20,875 nucleotides of DNA from an uncultured Pseudomonadota bacterium. Lineage in GTDB: Bacteria > BMS3Abin14. A program made the translations under genes and the position numbers. This document shows positions 18,325 through 20,875 of this stretch, piece by piece; within the stretch, counting starts at the first letter, position 1, and each line of letters begins with the position of its first letter. The notes beneath the pieces are model-generated. The model saw nothing but the letters and a program-made list of their open reading frames with translations, had not been told where the DNA came from and did no database searches. Location of the stretch: contig CAYVSA010000035.1 in assembly GCA_964454175.1 (NCBI GenBank), forward strand, positions 1 through 20,875. Reading direction: 5' to 3'.

Positions 18325-20217
18325 ATGGGAAGGACACAGGAAACCTTTCGTCACCCCACAAGCTTTGATGTGATCGTAGTCGGAGGCGGCCATGCCGGCT
18401 GTGAGGCCGCGCGGGCTGCAACGGGTATGGGGATGACAACACTCCTCCTCACTATCTCCATCGACCAGATAGCGCACATGTCGTGCAATCCCGCGGTGGG
18501 AGGGCTGGCAAAGGGGCACCTTGTTAAGGAAATTGATGCCATGGGAGGCCTGATGGCCCTGGCTATCGACGAAACCGGTATTCAGTTCAGGCAGCTGAAC
18601 ACCCGGAAGGGACCTGCAGTGAGATCCTCTCGTGCCCAGGCGGATATGTACAGGTACAAAACGTGGGTTAGGTCCTTGCTTGAAAGTAAGGAGGGCCTGC
18701 ACATCAAGCAGGGTATGGTCGAGGGTTTTCTGTCGGCTGGAGGCCGTGTGGAGGGTATTTACACCCAGTCAGGAGAAGAGTTTACTGCAGGCGCTGTGGT
18801 CCTGGCCACCGGTACGTTTCTCAACGGCCTGATCCACGTTGGCATGACGAGACATCCTGCGGGGAGGGCGGGAGAATTTCCTGCACTGAAGTTGACAGCT
18901 GCCCTGAAGGACCTGGGGCTGCGAGTTGGACGGCTCAAAACTGGCACAACGCCAAGACTGGATGCAAAAACGATTAATTTCGACCAGACAACGGTGCAGT
19001 ACGGCGATCCGGAACCTATACCGTTTTCCTTCAGGACGGGGACAATAGATAGAGAGCAGGTGCCATGCTGGATAACACGGACCAATGAAAAGACACATCA
19101 GGCAATAAGGGACGGGCTGGATCGATCCCCGCTTTACGCTGGTGTGATAAAGGGAGTAGGGCCCCGGTACTGCCCCAGTATAGAAGACAAGATCGTCAGG
19201 TTCCCCGACAAAACCGGACACCACATATTCCTGGAACCGGAAGGCCTCGACACGAGGGAATATTATCCCAACGGGGTGTCAACAAGCCTTCCGATCGACG
19301 TACAGGTAAAGATGCTGAGAACCATCCCCGGCCTGGAGGAAGTTCAGATCATGAGACCGGGTTATGCTATTGAATATGACTTTGTCCTGCCTCAACAGCT
19401 CGGCCTGAACCTGGGTGTAAAGTCAGCACCTGGCCTTTTCCTCGCGGGGCAGATTAACGGCACCTCAGGTTACGAAGAGGCAGCAGCGCAGGGTTTCATG
19501 GCCGGAGTGAACGCGGCCCTTTATACACAGAAGGCCCCGGCCCTCATCCTCGGAAGGGAAGAGGCCTACATTGGAGTGATGATAGACGATCTGGTTACAA
19601 AAGGGACCACCGAACCTTACAGACTGTTCACCTCCAGGGCGGAGCACCGGCTTTTGCTCCGGGAGGACAATGCCGACCTGCGTCTCATGGAAAAAGGACA
19701 CATGCTGGGGTTGATAAATGACGACGAGATCGAAAGGACCCGCGATAAATCCAGAAGGGTTCAAAGGGGGCTTAAGGAACTCGTGGAGAAAAGGGTATCT
19801 GTCGACCTTGGCGCAGGCTTTGCGGAGCGCGGAACAAGCCTTACCAAGGTACTTCGGCAGCCGAATGTTAAGGCTGTTGATCTTAATCGGTACAATCCAG
19901 AGTTCGAGCCCGATCCGGACCGGGATGTATCCCGCCAGATAGAAATACAGGTAAAATATGAGGGGTATATAAGAAGACAGGGCGCCATGGTGGAGAAAAT
20001 ACGAAGGATGGAGACCCTTGGTATACCAGAAGAGTTCAGTTACGCGGCGCTTAAGGCGATCTCCAGGGAGATAAGGGATAAACTGGAGCAGGTAAGGCCG
20101 GCAAACCTCGGCCAGGCGTCCAGGATACCCGGTGTTACACCTGCCGCGATCTCGGCCCTGATGATCTATCTGGGCACAGAGAAAAGACCAGGGCCCGGGG
20201 CTGATGCGAAGCAATAA
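18325..20217 (+). CDS. mnmG: tRNA uridine-5-carboxymethylaminomethyl modification enzyme MnmG/GidA
   Basis: FDVIVVGGGHAG.EAA, MSCNPA.GG, RLKTGT.PR, GPRYCPSIEDK, AGQINGT.GYEEAAAQG, EPYR.FTSRAE.RL. ATG 18325 preferred because the GTG 18301 'MFHVKQ' is simply the translated parS. Confidence 0.98.
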   Translation: MGRTQETFRHPTSFDVIVVGGGHAGCEAARAATGMGMTTLLLTISIDQIAHMSCNPAVGGLAKGHLVKEIDAMGGLMALAIDETGIQFRQLNTRKGPAVRSSRAQADMYRYKTWVRSLLESKEGLHIKQGMVEGFLSAGGRVEGIYTQSGEEFTAGAVVLATGTFLNGLIHVGMTRHPAGRAGEFPALKLTAALKDLGLRVGRLKTGTTPRLDAKTINFDQTTVQYGDPEPIPFSFRTGTIDREQVPCWITRTNEKTHQAIRDGLDRSPLYAGVIKGVGPRYCPSIEDKIVRFPDKTGHHIFLEPEGLDTREYYPNGVSTSLPIDVQVKMLRTIPGLEEVQIMRPGYAIEYDFVLPQQLGLNLGVKSAPGLFLAGQINGTSGYEEAAAQGFMAGVNAALYTQKAPALILGREEAYIGVMIDDLVTKGTTEPYRLFTSRAEHRLLLREDNADLRLMEKGHMLGLINDDEIERTRDKSRRVQRGLKELVEKRVSVDLGAGFAERGTSLTKVLRQPNVKAVDLNRYNPEFEPDPDRDVSRQIEIQVKYEGYIRRQGAMVEKIRRMETLGIPEEFSYAALKAISREIRDKLEQVRPANLGQASRIPGVTPAAISALMIYLGTEKRPGPGADAKQ

Positions 20218-20254
20218 GATTACAGACTGATGAAACAGGCGGATCGGCAGCAGA

Positions 20255-20872
20255 ATGAATAAAAAAAAATTTAAATCTGAAATGAAAACGCGTGCTCTTG
20301 CGATGGGCATTGACCTTGCCGGGTCCAGCCTGGCCAGGTTCACAATATATTACACAGAACTAAAAAAATGGAGTAAAAACGTCAACCTGGTTTCAAAGAA
20401 GGAACCGGATTGGCTCGGCGTTCACTTTCTGGACTCACTTGCTCCACTTGCCCTCGGCCTTATCCGGGGAGACGAGAGGGTGGCAGACTTGGGTTCCGGC
20501 GCCGGATTCCCGGGCCTTGCGCTCAAGATCGCGGTTCCATCACTGGACCTCGTGCTGGTTGAGTCGTCAGGTAAAAAGTGCGCCTTTTTAAGGCATGTTT
20601 CCAGAAGCCTTGGGCTTGAGCAGGCAGCAGTTCTGGAAGGCCGTTTCAGCGTTGTAGCGCCGTCGGAATCAGATGGTTTTGACCTCATTGTATCAAGGGC
20701 ATCCGCCAAGCCTTTAAGGGTGATAGATGAGGCAATGCCCAGTTTAAAGACGAAAGGTAGAGTCCTGATCTATACGTCCAGCAGCCTGGCAGATGAAAAT
20801 GTTGGTAACTCGTACAGCTATAAAGTTCCAGGCACCAACCGGAGCTGGGTTATTTGGGAAGTGGTTAAGTAG
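20255..20872 (+). CDS. rsmG: 16S rRNA m7G527 methyltransferase RsmG/GidB
   Basis: W....NL.S, HFLDSL, SAM motif DLGSGAGFPG, ES..KK..FL, FD.IVSRA. Follows mnmG. Confidence 0.95.
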   Translation: MNKKKFKSEMKTRALAMGIDLAGSSLARFTIYYTELKKWSKNVNLVSKKEPDWLGVHFLDSLAPLALGLIRGDERVADLGSGAGFPGLALKIAVPSLDLVLVESSGKKCAFLRHVSRSLGLEQAAVLEGRFSVVAPSESDGFDLIVSRASAKPLRVIDEAMPSLKTKGRVLIYTSSSLADENVGNSYSYKVPGTNRSWVIWEVVK

Positions 20873-20875
20873 TGA

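Noticed and set aside
15085-20709. - strand ORFs opposite yidC/mnmE/mnmG/rsmG (e.g. 19465..20343, 18016..18702, 17834..18442)
   Set aside because: Shadow ORFs overlapping essential conserved genes, with no domain signatures.

Overview
Chromosomal replication-origin region of a Gram-negative bacterium; gene order and protein style suggest a deltaproteobacterium/Desulfobacterota-like organism (inference). Leftward (- strand): dnaA, oriC, dnaN-recF-gyrB-gyrA, a translationally coupled TPR lipoprotein, a cold-shock protein and an accessory block (small membrane protein, secreted beta-rich protein, cytochrome b5/DUF2231-like protein on +, 4-OT-family tautomerase, TetR regulator, and a truncated small ORF). 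Rightward (+ strand): rpmH-rnpA-yidD-yidC-mnmE-mnmG-rsmG, with no jag and a perfect parS site just before the mnmG start. I see no mobile element, CRISPR, rRNA or tRNA, and the protein content is mostly housekeeping. The interesting signals are non-coding or subtle. (i) oriC has an AT-rich DUE, DnaA-trios and 12-bp-phased boxes of consensus NWTTCCACA, with no canonical TTATCCACA in either dnaA-flanking spacer, alongside a Lys at the DnaA R399-equivalent. (ii) A perfect TTAA-N7-TTAAC palindrome abuts the DUE. (iii) A predicted ~320-nt dnaA leader has mutually exclusive folds and a U10 tract (candidate attenuator), near an NrdR-like box and a multi-hairpin candidate RNA. (iv) The csp leader looks like a terminator/anti-SD switch. 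(v) GyrB has a Lys-rich N-terminal tail. (vi) rnpA probably starts at CTG. All structures and motifs were assessed by eye and need computational or experimental checking.
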